From NCBI RefSeq assembly GCF_000315625.1, contig NW_005434568.1, positions 218,360-257,404 of the forward strand: a stretch of DNA of 39,045 nt. The letters run 5' to 3'. Of the stretch, positions 12,691 through 24,729 are shown piece after piece; the first letter of the stretch is position 1; each line of letters begins with the position of its first letter. The notes beneath the pieces are model-generated. The model was not told the origin of the DNA. It saw nothing but the letters and a program-made list of their open reading frames with translations, and ran no database searches. This DNA is from Guillardia theta CCMP2712. Lineage: Eukaryota > Protista > Cryptophyta. The translations under genes were made by a program, and so were the position numbers.

Positions 12691-13869
12691 TCAGTCATCG
12701 CTGCTCTCCGTGTGCTTGTTTGAAACGATTGCACCGAACTTCGAGCAGAGGTCCAGCTGAAGGTGGTTCAGGGCCGACTGCACTTGCCCGCTGGGGAAGG
12801 CTGGTACGAGTGGAGTCACCTGCGCTGCTTGCTGATAAGTTTTGTAACGCTTTCTGCGCTCCAGGCTTGCGACAATCGCTTTCATGCTCAGAGCAAAGTG
12901 CTTCAAACCATGGCTTGTCCGATTTCCTATTTCTCTGGTTGTCCTCGACACGTCTTGAGGGTCCTTCCAGAGGTCATAGACGTAGGAGCTGATTGACTGT
13001 TTCAGCTCGAAGACAGGCATTGACCTCGAGTCCAGACAGAGCCCCCGTCTAGTGGTGAAACAGAGCTCGCTTACCGTTGCGACATCCTCCAAAGAATCTC
13101 CTCTCCCAGCCATCGCAACGAAACGAGAGCGAAGTATCACATTTGACGAAAGGTCCAAAAGGAATGCCTGCTCTCCCTCTGCCTGCCAGCGCAACCCAGA
13201 GATGGGCAGCACGTTATCTTCTCCCAACTCCCCCTCGTTCTGCTTGGCAAACATTTTCCAATGGTCAATTGCGCTGGATGTTGTTCTCCTAGCTCGTTGT
13301 TGGAAGATTCTCGCAATCTCGGGATGAAGAGGTGGCAAGAGAACTTGCAGGTTCGGTCAGAGGAGTTACTAACTGTCAGCGGAAAGCTGTTACACCTTGC
13401 CTTGCTTCTTCTTTGGCGACATCTCAGAAAGATATTCAGCTTTCCATCGTGGAAACTCCAAGACAGAGATGAGATAGCAGAAGATTGCAACAAGATCCTC
13501 CTGCACGCCCTCCGAGCTGTGCTGGCGTCCCTCACAGATGGCTTCGAAAAGTCCAGAGAATAGGATGCTTCCAACAGCAAAGTTTGCCGGCTCGAGATGG
13601 TAGAGCCCTGCAACAATGCTTGCCAAGTCATTAGGCGCTGCTGTTGACGTGAGAAGTCCTGCAACATGAAGGTGCTCGGCCATGAACGTCCAAGCGAAAA
13701 CATGCTGCTTGGTCATCAAGGTGGCTGCTTCAGCAGTCGAGGCAGTTGGACGCAGGGAGAGGAAGCGACCCTGCAGGCGCTGATCGATGGTTAAGAGCAA
13801 GTCGGCTTGAAGGACAAGGCTCTTGACCTGAGCGAAGGAATGCAAGGAGGATGCAGATGTCGCGCTCAC
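12691..13869 (-). CDS. Hypothetical spliced protein or gene fragment (copy A)
   Basis: Two long adjacent minus-strand ORFs (13390-13869, 12691-13338) with protein-like composition, separated by a probable short intron. No recognised motif. Confidence 0.4.
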
Positions 13870-14110
13870 TCACTCCCGCTCCCTGAGCAAAGGAGGTTGA
13901 CGTGCTGCTTGCATCGAGATGAGGAGGAGCGAGCTGGAGGCTATGGGCGGGAAGCTAGAGGAGGCGGAGCACAGATTGCGCTGGAGACGCTGAGGCTGTA
14001 TGGATTTCAGCTACGATATTGTTGTCAAATGGGAGGAATCGCTCGGAGGAGTGGAGCAACCAACACCGAATTATTCGATTCAAGAATTAAAACGTTCATC
14101 ACGAATATTC

Positions 14111-16969
14111 TCACGTCTCAAGTGCACCACTATCTGCCACCTTGCACTGTTGACCATAGAATGGCATTGTCTGACTTCCAATCTCCACAATCATGAGCAC
14201 CCTTTTGCGCAGGATCTTCTCCACCATCCTTTCATCTACAGAATCTTCGCCTTGCTTTCTCTTGTTTGTTGGTCGGCGGAACGTAGACGCGGTCCAGGTT
14301 TGTTTACCTTTCCTTTCAAGATGCAGCACCAGCCACTCGGTGCCATCATACCTCGAGTTCATAAAAATTTCAATGTTAAATGACATCTCGGCAACCATGA
14401 ATACGTTGACGTCCAGGTTATGTGAAAGCAGACCTGTGATATAGTTGGACGACGTATTCTGCACAAGAGAATTGGCCGAACGATTCTTGAATTCTGCTCC
14501 TCCTCTCCACATGCTTGGGAAGGAAGCTGGCCCAGCGAAAGTACCGTCCCTGCCTTCCTTATCCTTGTTACGCGCGTAGGAGCCCAAGACTGCCGAAAGG
14601 GAATGCTCAATCTCGCTCTCCCTTACAGGGACCAGATTGCACATGCACGATGTCAGCATCTCAACGAAGCTTTCTTTGTTTGCAACAGAAGCAAGAATAT
14701 CATCCACTTTCCTCTCGTCTTTCATACCGCAATGAAAAGCGAAGTTCTTCAAGAGATCCTGAGGGGGAGACCAGCTGCTGATCATTATAACTACTGCCCC
14801 AAACGACTCTAGCAGATTCCCATCTCGCTTGCACGCATCCCTGCTCAGAGAATCTTGCCCGATCCTCTGATCCAACTGAATCTTCTGCAAGACCTGAAGT
14901 GCTGATGCATGAGAGAAAGGATTGCCCCCTCCCACACAAGCAACTGTCGTGATTGGATCAAGAACTGCAGAAGTGAACCTCGATGTCAGCTCTGAAAGAA
15001 AAGTACCCTTCAGCGCAGGCTTCCCGTCCTTAAGTTCGAGTAGAACGGTTGCCTGCTCACTATTTCGGGGTGGCGGATCATTGCCCCATACATTCAAAAG
15101 AGCAAACCCCTGGGAGATGTGCAACTGAGAAAGAGGTTCACGCGCAGCAATCTGAAACATGCAGTAGATAGACTCTTGTCTCAATCTTGGTTTTGCCGTA
15201 GCGATCAACTGCCTCAGCCTTTCCGAGACACTTTGTATAAGCATGTGTGGTTTGGCTTCTTCTGACACTTGGCCAAGCTCGCCCAAGAAAAGGGAGCAAA
15301 TCCATGGGTTTACGTGGTCCAGTAACTCGGGTACCTGTGCCTCTCCGAAAATCCTATTCATGACCTCTTCAGAAGCATCTGAGGGCAGGATATATGGAGG
15401 CAGCGAGCGATGTGTGAAGCAGTACATTCTTCGAACCTTATCCCGAGTGTATTGAGAGCTTTGGGAGACCTTGCCGAAATTCATGACCATTGTGTTCGTG
15501 CCCAACAGGATGCAGTTAATTCTTGAGTTGATCAATATTCTCCTCAACAGAACAATCTTCGCAATCACTGAGAATATGCACGTTTCTTCATGCTGAGGAG
15601 GAATCACCTCATCCACGAGTACCCAGCGTCGTCTTTTCCAATTCTGAGCGTCTTTTACAGATACCGGAGCCCAGGTAGTCTCCTCGGCCCACAGGAAGGC
15701 GAGGACCCCCAGCACATGCCATTTCCTTCCATCCGTAGCGAAATCAATTTCCAAAACATCCAAAGGAGCAGTCCCCTGAGATCCGGCATGACGCTTTGCC
15801 AACAAACAAAGATCGCACTCCATCGCTTTGTTCATCAGTTGCGTGATCTGTTGTACTGGATTGTAAATATCTTGCACTGCCTCTAGCCTCTGCGAAGGAT
15901 TGAAGAGAAAATAGATGCTTACATCTGCATTCCGGACAAAAAAATCAACGGCGCTAAGTGACTTACCACACCCAGAGCAAGCCTCAATCATGCACAAGTA
16001 AGGATCTTGATCAAGTTTGGCCTTCTCAACTATTCGGTCTATCGGGTTCAAGCTGCTGAATTTCTCGCTGGGTCGCACCCGTGAGGATCCCGAATTCCAT
16101 GCAAAGTCAAGAGAGGCGTGAATGATTTCCTTCAACTGTGTCAAAACCTCATTCAAATCGATGCTTTTGGCGATATTGTTCAAAACTAGCAATCAAATGA
16201 GAACAAAGCATTCGGGCTGGCGTAAAGACTCACCTGAAAGAAACTTTTCTTCTCCTCCATCTGATCGATGCGAAATCAGTGCATAAGATGCAATATTGTA
16301 TTCTCTGGTGCAACGAGCAACATCATTCGGTCCTGCCTTTGCCAGCGACGCTTTCGCAGTTGCAACTGACAATTCGAGCTTTGCCTCCGTGCATCTATAA
16401 TTAGCCTCCGCCTTCTTCTTCTCGTCTCCTTCGAGCCTGGCCAGTTCAAGCTCTGTATTCCTCACATCCACAAGAGCCTCCGCTTTCTTCGTGTCTAGTT
16501 CAAGCTCTGCATTCCTCACATCCACAAGAGCCTCCGCTTTCTTCTTTTCGTCTCCTTCGAGCCTGGCCAGTTCAAGCTCTGCATTCCTCACATCCACAAG
16601 AGCCTCCGCTTTCTTCTTTTCGTCTCCTTCGAGCCTGGCCAGTTCAAGCTCTGCATTCCTCACTTTCACAAGAGCCGTTGCTTCCCCCATCTTATCCCCT
16701 TTGATCCCGGCCAAGTCACACTCTTCCTGCCAGACCTGCTTACGTGCTTCCACCCTCTTCTTTTCGTCTCCTTCGAGCCTGGCAACAGCAAGCTTGGCAG
16801 ACAAGAGCTTCATATTAGCCTCTGCTGTCCTTCTTATATCCCCGCTCAGCTCAGCCTGATCAAGCTCTGCTTCCCTCACCGCTACCAAATCCCGTGCTGC
16901 TTTCTTCTCCGCACCCTTGGTGAGAAGCTCCTGCCTTGCCTGTTCGGCAAGGCCTGATGTTTGTTCCAT
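14111..16969 (-). CDS. Coiled-coil repeat + P-loop NTPase + PD-(D/E)xK nuclease-like protein (Crinkler/RHS-type NTPase-REase), ~936 aa, copy A (intact)
   Basis: A 48-nt GTGAGT..CTAG intron (16186-16233) removes the TGA and fuses the 261-aa and 693-aa ORFs in frame. Walker A MIEACSGCGKS, Walker B WVLVDE. C-terminal EGRDGTF...GGAEFKNRS (D...ExK). N-terminal 24-aa helical repeats. Confidence 0.7.
16400..16680 (-). repeat. 72-bp coding tandem repeat (RNAELELARLEGDEKKKAEALVDV)
   Basis: caagctctgc recurs at 16501 and 16573. The translation shows 3-4 units plus one shortened unit. Confidence 0.85.
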
Positions 16970-17657
16970 CGCTATCACCTACAAACCAAGAGAGGATGGT
17001 GAGATAGAGAGGATACCTGCGGGCAACTAATGATATTGGGTACACTTTTTCCGAACTCTCATCTTTTGGGTAAATTTTACAACTAATTTTAAGATATGAA
17101 AAGAACCGGTCATATTCCACTCTATACTACCCGTGTAAAACCAGCCGTTCCGTTTCACAAACAAGGGACCACCCGTCATCTTGACTAGAAGTGAAAGGGT
17201 GAAATAAAAATATTGTATAAAAAAGCTGACAACATACAAATACATATAAACATCCCAATACCTGATACCCAGTAGTAAAACTATACAGCACGAGTGGGTC
17301 AAAAACGGGGAGCAGATAGGGGTGGGCAACTTTATCCCACATCCCCTCATTGACCGGGCCCAGACCAACTTTCTGCCCACGGGGGAGGAACTCCAATAAA
17401 AGGGTCTTGTACCGGTATTTTTGTATGATATTTTGGGGGTACCTTTTCAGGAGGGGGTGGGTTAGTTTGCAGGAAATCGCATTGGCAGCAAGGCGGCGAC
17501 CAGGTTTAAGGATGATTTACTCAGCCTGTGCAATGATGACAATCGTGAAACCACCATAGCCTTTCAGAAAATTGTAAAATCTATATCATGGTATCAATCA
17601 TTTGAATGGCATCGTAGCAGTGTTTAATGTTTTCCACAATACGTATCTCTTTTTTTT

Positions 17658-19122
17658 CTACTTGCAGCCAGCAATGCTACGCAATCCCCGGAACCGTTGC
17701 ATATTTCCTGTTAATCCTTCATCCCATTGCCCTGATTTAGCATGTACTCGCTTTCGATTGTTCTTCTGCGTACTATTGTGTGGCTCCACATCATTATCAG
17801 ATCCATCCCGTGCATTGAAAGCTTCACGGTCGTGCGGTTTGCTCAGGACAATTCGCTTCTTCGAATGCTCGTATACAAAAGGCAGGTTTGGATCCACCTT
17901 TTTAGATAATTATATGCATGCCTGATTGAATTTTCTCAGAAAATCCTTCTTGTTCAGATGGCCGATCAAGGACCACAGATTCTCTACACTATCCGTGCAG
18001 AGAGTTCGTGAATTGAAGTCATAGTCTCTATCACCCAGCGTATGATTCTTATCCCTCACATACTGTTGTACTTGCAGATGAGTATCAATTGCAACTATGA
18101 AGCCTTCAAATGTTACAGATGATAGTCCCTTGACATGTTTTTGGCTGACACTGGTCCAGTCGATGCCTTCCAATAGCCATTTTCGACCCTCTTGAACGAG
18201 ACGTATCCTCTCTGAAACTTTCAGCCCTCTTTCATCGAATGCTTTGTGCAGGCCAGACATAGCCTCTGCCATTCTTGCTGTCGCTTCATGTCCTTCTGCC
18301 TTTAGTAGACTGATGGCCTTGTCACTGAACATCTTCAGCATGATATCCACCGATTGTGGATCGGCGGTCCCGTCGACTTCCATCTGAGTCATCCAAGCAG
18401 GATTCTTCTTGGCGATATCACTGTAAGCTTTATGCCATATCTGGGCTTCCAAAGTAATCGTGTATAGTAGTTTACAATGAATTCAAATTCTCGAAGTGAG
18501 CAGTAGACCATTCTTCCATGCGAGAAAGAAGGTTTCGATTCTTCCTGTGAATGTTGCCAATACGTGTACGAAGTCGATTCAAGTGCTCATAAATGGCCTT
18601 TGTGCCTCCATGTGATTTGCCAGATGCTTGTTGTTCGAAAACCTGTGTGTAGTGCTGGAGAAAACATCTCGAAAATCCTTCTGATGTAGGCCCATAGACA
18701 TCCCCGAGGACCTTTAGTTTGTTCTGGACTTCATACAAGGATACAGAACGAAGACTCCGCTTGAGGTAATGGGTCGCTGAAGCTAAAAGATTCTCGTCTT
18801 CACACTCCACAGATAAAGTTCAATGGCCATGGCATTGCAAGAAATCCAACAGCTTGAAAACCAAGGCATCATCCCATTGAGAGAGCAGGATCTGCTCAAG
18901 ATCATTGCAATCCTTGTTTTTTTTCAACCTTGCAACACAAGTTGTGCACATAGACACACCATGCCACTTTCGAATGCTGGTCATTTCTCGTCGTCTGTGG
19001 CATGATGAGCATATTTTCTTCGCTGGAGGCCTCGGCCTGCCCATGGTGTGGGACAACATAGCTTTGCCCGCCAAAAATTTGATTTGAATTTTCTCGTGAC
19101 ACCCTGCCATGGCATGCAGCAC
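17658..19122 (-). pseudogene. Fragmented P-element-superfamily transposase relic
   Basis: DPQSVDIMLKMFSDKAISLL resembles the P/THAP9 KxxVxxAxxxFS insertion-domain motif. ATARMAEAMSGLHKAFD and YDFNSRTLCTDSVENLWSLIG resemble the QDxLENxFSxIR catalytic-Glu motif. CxxC..CxxC in 18820-19122. The ORF is broken by stops, the N-terminal catalytic Asp region is not seen, and no TIRs were found. Confidence 0.55.
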
Positions 19123-19250
19123 CCCCTAAATCCCCCGCCATAGTGCCCCGAACGCTCTGCATGGAGGCGCGATGAGGAAAGGAGGGGGGGTATTTAACTA
19201 AATATTTGTACCAGTTAATTCCCACACTAGGGGTTGGCCCGTCTGTCAGA

Positions 19251-19294
19251 ATCCTGCCGTACGGTATCGGCAATCTTGAATATCAAGTTGTATC
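19251..19294. repeat. 44-bp double-hairpin terminal motif (copy 1; second copy at 24095-24138)
   Basis: ATCCTGCCGTACGGTATCGGCAATCTTGAATATCAAGTTGTATC is exact at both sites. Stems TGCCG..CGGCA and CTTGA..TCAAG. Confidence 0.85.
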
Positions 19295-19392
19295 GCTCTC
19301 TGGATTTTCTTGGTTGAGGTGTATACTACAGTCACTAGTAGCGTAAAACGTAGCTGGTTACTGCTGTTTATTCCCGCTTGAGCAGATAGAAT

Positions 19393-20496
19393 TCAGTCAT
19401 CGCTGCTCTGCGTTTGCATGTTTGAAAAGATTGCACCGAACTTCGAGCACAGGTCCAGCTGAAGGTGGTTCCGAAGTTCAGGGCCGTCCAGGCTTGCGAC
19501 AATCGCTTTCATGCTCAGAGCAAAGTGCTTCAAACCATGGCTTGTCCGATTTCCTATTTCTCTGGTTGTCCTCGACACGTCTTGAGGGTCCTTCCAGAGG
19601 TCATAGACGTAGGAGCTGATTGACTGTTTCAGCTCGAAGACAGGCATTGACCTCGAGTCCAGACAGAGCCCCCGTCTAGTGGTGAAACAGAGCTCGCTTA
19701 CCGTTGCGACATCCTCCAAAGAATCTCCTCTCCCAGCCATCGCAACGAAACGAGAGCGAAGTATCACATTTGACGAAAGGTCCAAAAGGAATGCCTGCTC
19801 TCCCTCTGCCTGCCAGCGCAACCCAGAGATGGGCAGCACGTTATCTTCTCCCAACTCCCCCTCGTTCTGCTTGGCAAACATTTTCCAATGGTCAATTGCG
19901 CTGGATGTTGTTCTCCTAGCTCGTTGTTGGAAGATTCTCGCAATCTCGGGATGAAGAGGTGGCAAGAGAACTTGCAGGTTCGGTCAGAGGAGTTACTAAC
20001 TGTCAGCGGAAAGCTGTTACACCTTGCCTTGCTTCTTCTTTGGCGACATCTCAGAAAGATATTCAGCTTTCCATCGTGGAAACTCCAAGACAGAGATGAG
20101 ATAGCAGAAGATTGCAACAAGATCCTCCTGCACGCCCTCCGAGCTGTGCTGGCGTCCCTCACAGATGGCTTCGAAAAGTCCAGAGAATAGGATGCTTCCA
20201 ACAGCAAAGTTTGCCGGCTCGAGATGGTAGAGCCCTGCAACAATGCTTGCCAAGTCATTAGGCGCTGCTGTTGACGTGAGAAGTCCTGCAACATGAAGGT
20301 GCTCGGCCATGAACGTCCAAGCGAAAACATGCTGCTTGGTCATCAAGGTGGCTGCTTCAGCAGTCGAGGCAGTTGGACGCAGGGAGAGGAAGCGACCCTG
20401 CAGGCGCTGATCGATGGTTAAGAGCAAGTCGGCTTGAAGGACAAGGCTCTTGACCTGAGCGAAGGAATGCAAGGAGGATGCAGATGTCGCGCTCAC
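19393..20496 (-). CDS. Hypothetical spliced protein or gene fragment (copy B, shorter C-terminus)
   Basis: Duplicate of 12691-13869 with a 25-codon deletion near the C-terminus (190 vs 215 aa ORF). Confidence 0.35.
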
Positions 20497-20737
20497 TCAC
20501 TCCCGCTCCCTGAGCAAAGGAGGTTGACGTGCTGCTTGCATCGAGATGAGGAGGAGCGAGCTGGAGGCTATGGGCGGGAAGCTAGAGGAGGCGGAGCACA
20601 GATTGCGCTGGAGACGCTGAGGCTGTATGGATTTCAGCTACGATATTGTTGTCAAGTGGGAGGAATCGCTCGGAGGAGTGGAGCAACCAACACCGAATTA
20701 TTCGATTCAAGAATTAAAACGTTCATCACGAATATTC

Positions 20738-23517
20738 TCACGTCTCAAGTGCACCACTATCTGCCACCTTGCACTGTTGACCATAGAATGGCATTGTCTG
20801 ACTTCCAATCTCCACAATCATGAGCACCCTTTTGCGCAGGATCTTCTCCACCATCCTTTCATCTACAGAATCTTCGCCTTGCTTTCTCTTGTTTGTTGGT
20901 CGGCGGAACGTAGACGCGGTCCAGGTTTGTTTACCTTTCCTTTCAAGATGCAGCACCAGCCACTCGGTGCCATCATACCTCGAGTTCATAAAAATTTCAA
21001 TGTTAAATGACATCTCGGCAACCATGAATACGTTGACGTCCAGGTTATGTGAAAGCAGACCTGTGATATAGTTGGACGACGTATTCTGCACAAGAGAATT
21101 GGCCGAACGATTCTTGAATTCTGCTCCTCCTCTCCACATGCTTGGGAAGGAAGCTGGCCCAGCGAAAGTACCGTCCCTGCCTTCCTTATCCTTGTTACGC
21201 GCGTAGGAGCCCAAGACTGCCGAAAGGGAATGCTCAATCTCGCTCTCCCTTACAGGGACCAGATTGCACATGCACGATGTCAGCATCTCAACGAAGCTTT
21301 CTTTGTTTGCAACAGAAGCAAGAATATCATCCACTTTCCTCTCGTCTTTCATACCGCAATGAAAAGCGAAGTTCTTCAAGAGATCCTGAGGGGGAGACCA
21401 GCTGCTGATCATTATAACTACTGCCCCAAACGACTCTAGCAGATTCCCATCTCGCTTGCACGCATCCCTGCTCAGAGAATCTTGCCCGATCCTCTGATCC
21501 AACTGAATCTTCTGCAAGACCTGAAGTGCTGATGCATGAGAGAAAGGATTGCCCCCTCCCACACAAGCAACTGTCGTGATTGGATCAAGAACTGCAGAAG
21601 TGAACCTCGATGTCAGCTCTGAAAGAAAAGTACCCTTCAGCGCAGGCTTCCCGTCCTTAAGTTCGAGTAGAACGGTTGCCTGCTCACTATTTCGGGGTGG
21701 CGGATCATTGCCCCATACATTCAAAAGAGCAAACCCCTGGGAGATGTGCAACTGAGAAAGAGGTTCACGCGCAGCAATCTGAAACATGCAGTAGATAGAC
21801 TCTTGTCTCAATCTTGGTTTTGCCGTAGCGATCAACTGCCTCAGCCTTTCCGAGACACTTTGTATAAGCATGTGTGGTTTGGCTTCTTCTGACACTTGGC
21901 CAAGCTCGCCCAAGAAAAGGGAGCAAATCCATGGGTTTACGTGGTCCAGTAACTCGGGTACCTGTGCCTCTCCGAAAATCCTATTCATGACCTCTTCAGA
22001 AGCATCTGAGGGCAGGATATATGGAGGCAGCGAGCGATGTGTGAAGCAGTACATTCTTCGAACCTTATCCCGAGTGTATTGAGAGCTTTGGGAGACCTTG
22101 CCGAAATTCATGACCATTGTGTTCGTGCCCAACAGGATGCAGTTAATTCTTGAGTTGATCAATATTCTCCTCAACAGAACAATCTTCGCAATCACTGAGA
22201 ATATGCACGTTTCTTCATGCTGAGGAGGAATCACCTCATCCACGAGTACCCAGCGTCGTCTTTTCCAATTCTGAGCGTCTTTTACAGATACCGGAGCCCA
22301 GGTAGTCTCCTCGGCCCACAGGAAGGCGAGGACCCCCAGCACATGCCATTTCCTTCCATCCGTAGCGAAATCAATTTCCAAAACATCCAAAGGAGCAGTC
22401 CCCTGAGATCCGGCATGACGCTTTGCCAACAAACAAAGATCGCACTCCATCGCTTTGTTCATCAGTTGCGTGATCTGTTGTACTGGATTGTAAATATCTT
22501 GCACTGCCTCTAGCCTCTGCGAAGGATTGAAGAGAAAATAGATGCTTACATCTGCATTCCGGACAAAAAAATCAACGGCGCTAAGTGACTTACCACACCC
22601 AGAGCAAGCCTCAATCATGCACAAGTAAGGATCTTGATCAAGTTTGGCCTTCTCAACTATTCGGTCTATCGGGTTCAAGCTGCTGAATTTCTCGCTGGGT
22701 CGCACCCGTGAGGATCCCGAATTCCATGCAAAGTCAAGAGAGGCGTGAATGATTTCCTTCAACTGTGTCAAAACCTCATTCAAATCGATGCTTTTGGCGA
22801 TATTGTTCAAAACTAGCAATCAAATGAGAACAAAGCATTCGGGCTGGCGTAAAGACTCACCTGAAAGAAACTTTTCTTCTCCTCCATCTGATCGATGCGA
22901 AATCAGTGCATAAGATGCAATATTGTATTCTCTGGTGCAACGAGCAACATCATTCGGTCCTGCCTTTGCCAGCGACGCTTTCGCAGTTGCAACTGACAAT
23001 TCGAGCTTTGCCTCCGTGCATCTATAATTAGCCTCCGCCTTCTTCTTCTCGTCTCCTTCGAGCCTGGCCAGTTCAAGCTCTGTATTCCTCACATCCACAA
23101 GAGCCTCCGCTTTCTTCGTGTCTCTCCTTCGAGCCTGGCCAGTTCAAGCTCTGCATTCCTCACTTTCACAAGAGCCGTTGCTTCCCCCATCTTATCCCCT
23201 TCATTCCTCACTTTCACAAGAGCCGTTGCTTCCCCCATCTTATCCCCTTTGATCCCGGCCAAGTCACACTCTTCCTGCCAGACCTGCTTACGTGCTTCCA
23301 CCCTCTTCTTTTCGTCTCCTTCGAGCCTGGCAACAGCAAGCTTGGCAGACAAGAGCTTCATATTAGCCTCTGCTGTCCTTCTTATATCCCCGCTCAGCTC
23401 AGCCTGATCAAGCTCTGCTTCCCTCACCGCTACCAAATCCCGTGCCGCTTTCTTCTCCGCACCCTTGGTGAGAAGCTCCTGCCTTGCCTGTTCGGCAAGG
23501 CCTGATGTTTGTTCCAT
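20738..23517 (-). pseudogene. Crinkler/RHS-type NTPase-REase gene copy B, frameshifted within the N-terminal repeats
   Basis: The 693-aa portion is identical to copy A and has the same intron (22813-22860). The repeat region has a duplication plus a deletion that put ORFs 23089-23526 and 22820-23098 in different frames. Confidence 0.7.
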
Positions 23518-24094
23518 CGCCATCACCTACAAACCAAGAGAGGATGGTGAGATAGAGAGGATACCTGCGGGCAACTAATGATATTGGGTACACTTTTTCC
23601 GAACTCTCATCTTTTGGGTAAATTTTACAACTAATTTTAAGATATGAAAAGAACCGGTCATATTCCACTCTATACTACCCGTGTAAAACCAGCCGTTCCG
23701 TTTCACAAACAAGGGACCACCCGTCATCTTGACTAGAAGTGAAAGGGTGAAATAAAAATATTGTATAAAAAAGCTGACAACATACAAATACATATAAACA
23801 TCCCAATACCTGATACCCAGTAGTAAAACTATACAGCACGAGTGGGTCAAAAACGGGGAGCAGATAGGGGTGGGCAACTTTATCCCACATCCCCTCATTG
23901 ACCGGGCCCAGACCAACTTTCTGCCCCGACAGCTGCCCCGACAGGCTTCTTTGACTCCTGGATGGTTACTAGTTAGCAACTCCGCCGGCTGCCTGGCGAC
24001 TCCCGTGGTAACCCCGCATCCTGCCTGACGCCGGAGTAAACTCATGACCGTACCTCCGGGAACTTGAATCCGCTCGGACTGCTGACTGGCGAGT

Positions 24095-24138
24095 ATCCTG
24101 CCGTACGGTATCGGCAATCTTGAATATCAAGTTGTATC
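24095..24138. repeat. 44-bp double-hairpin terminal motif (copy 2)
   Basis: Exact match to 19251-19294. Confidence 0.85.
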
Positions 24139-24729
24139 ATGGCGTTGACATTTTGCTTTTTCTGCTTTGGGCTGTATGTTTTTCCGTGAGGGGTATGTTC
24201 TGCTTTCTATGTGGATTGGGGGGTGGCGTGTTTGAGGATTTGAAATAGGGTCCAAATTTCAGGTTTATAACTCTGATGTTGTTTTCCAATAAGATATTTT
24301 AGACTGTATTGTGGAATGGTTGAGTATAAACAGAGAAGCAGGGCTGCACCCCAGAAGTTACAGGGAGATCATGGGGTAGTCTACTAACTAATTTGTAGAG
24401 CCTTCTTATGGTACAATTTTATAAACAAGTTATAAACAACGACCTCTCTACACGCCATGAGCCTCCCCTTGTTCGGGGCACGTCGCACCGCTCTGTACTG
24501 CCCGAACCATGGCTCGCAAACAGCGAGCCCGCGGCAGCCTGTGCAGACATCAGATGTTCACCGAACATCCTCATGGGAAATTCCTGAGGTGTAGAGATGA
24601 TGATCCTTGAGGTGTGCTTCGTACAGTGCGTGAATCTCACGAAAAATCGTTTGGTGAGCGAAGAGCATCAATAATACAAGTGAAAACCACCATCACAGGG
24701 ATACGTTGCAATCAAAACCGGGTTGTGAA

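Larger units (their letters stand above)
12599..24138. repeat. Head-to-tail segmental duplication (unit A 12599-19289, unit B 19290-24138); near-identical core 12860-17378 vs 19487-23926
   Basis: Identical ORF sets at offset 6627. The left ~180 bp are more diverged. GTATC occurs at all three junctions (12599, 19290, 24134). The internal segments differ (17379-19250 vs 23927-24094). Confidence 0.92.

Noticed and set aside
16186-16233. TGA read-through or selenocysteine between the abutting 261-aa and 693-aa ORFs
   Set aside because: The stop lies within a canonical 48-nt GT-AG intron.
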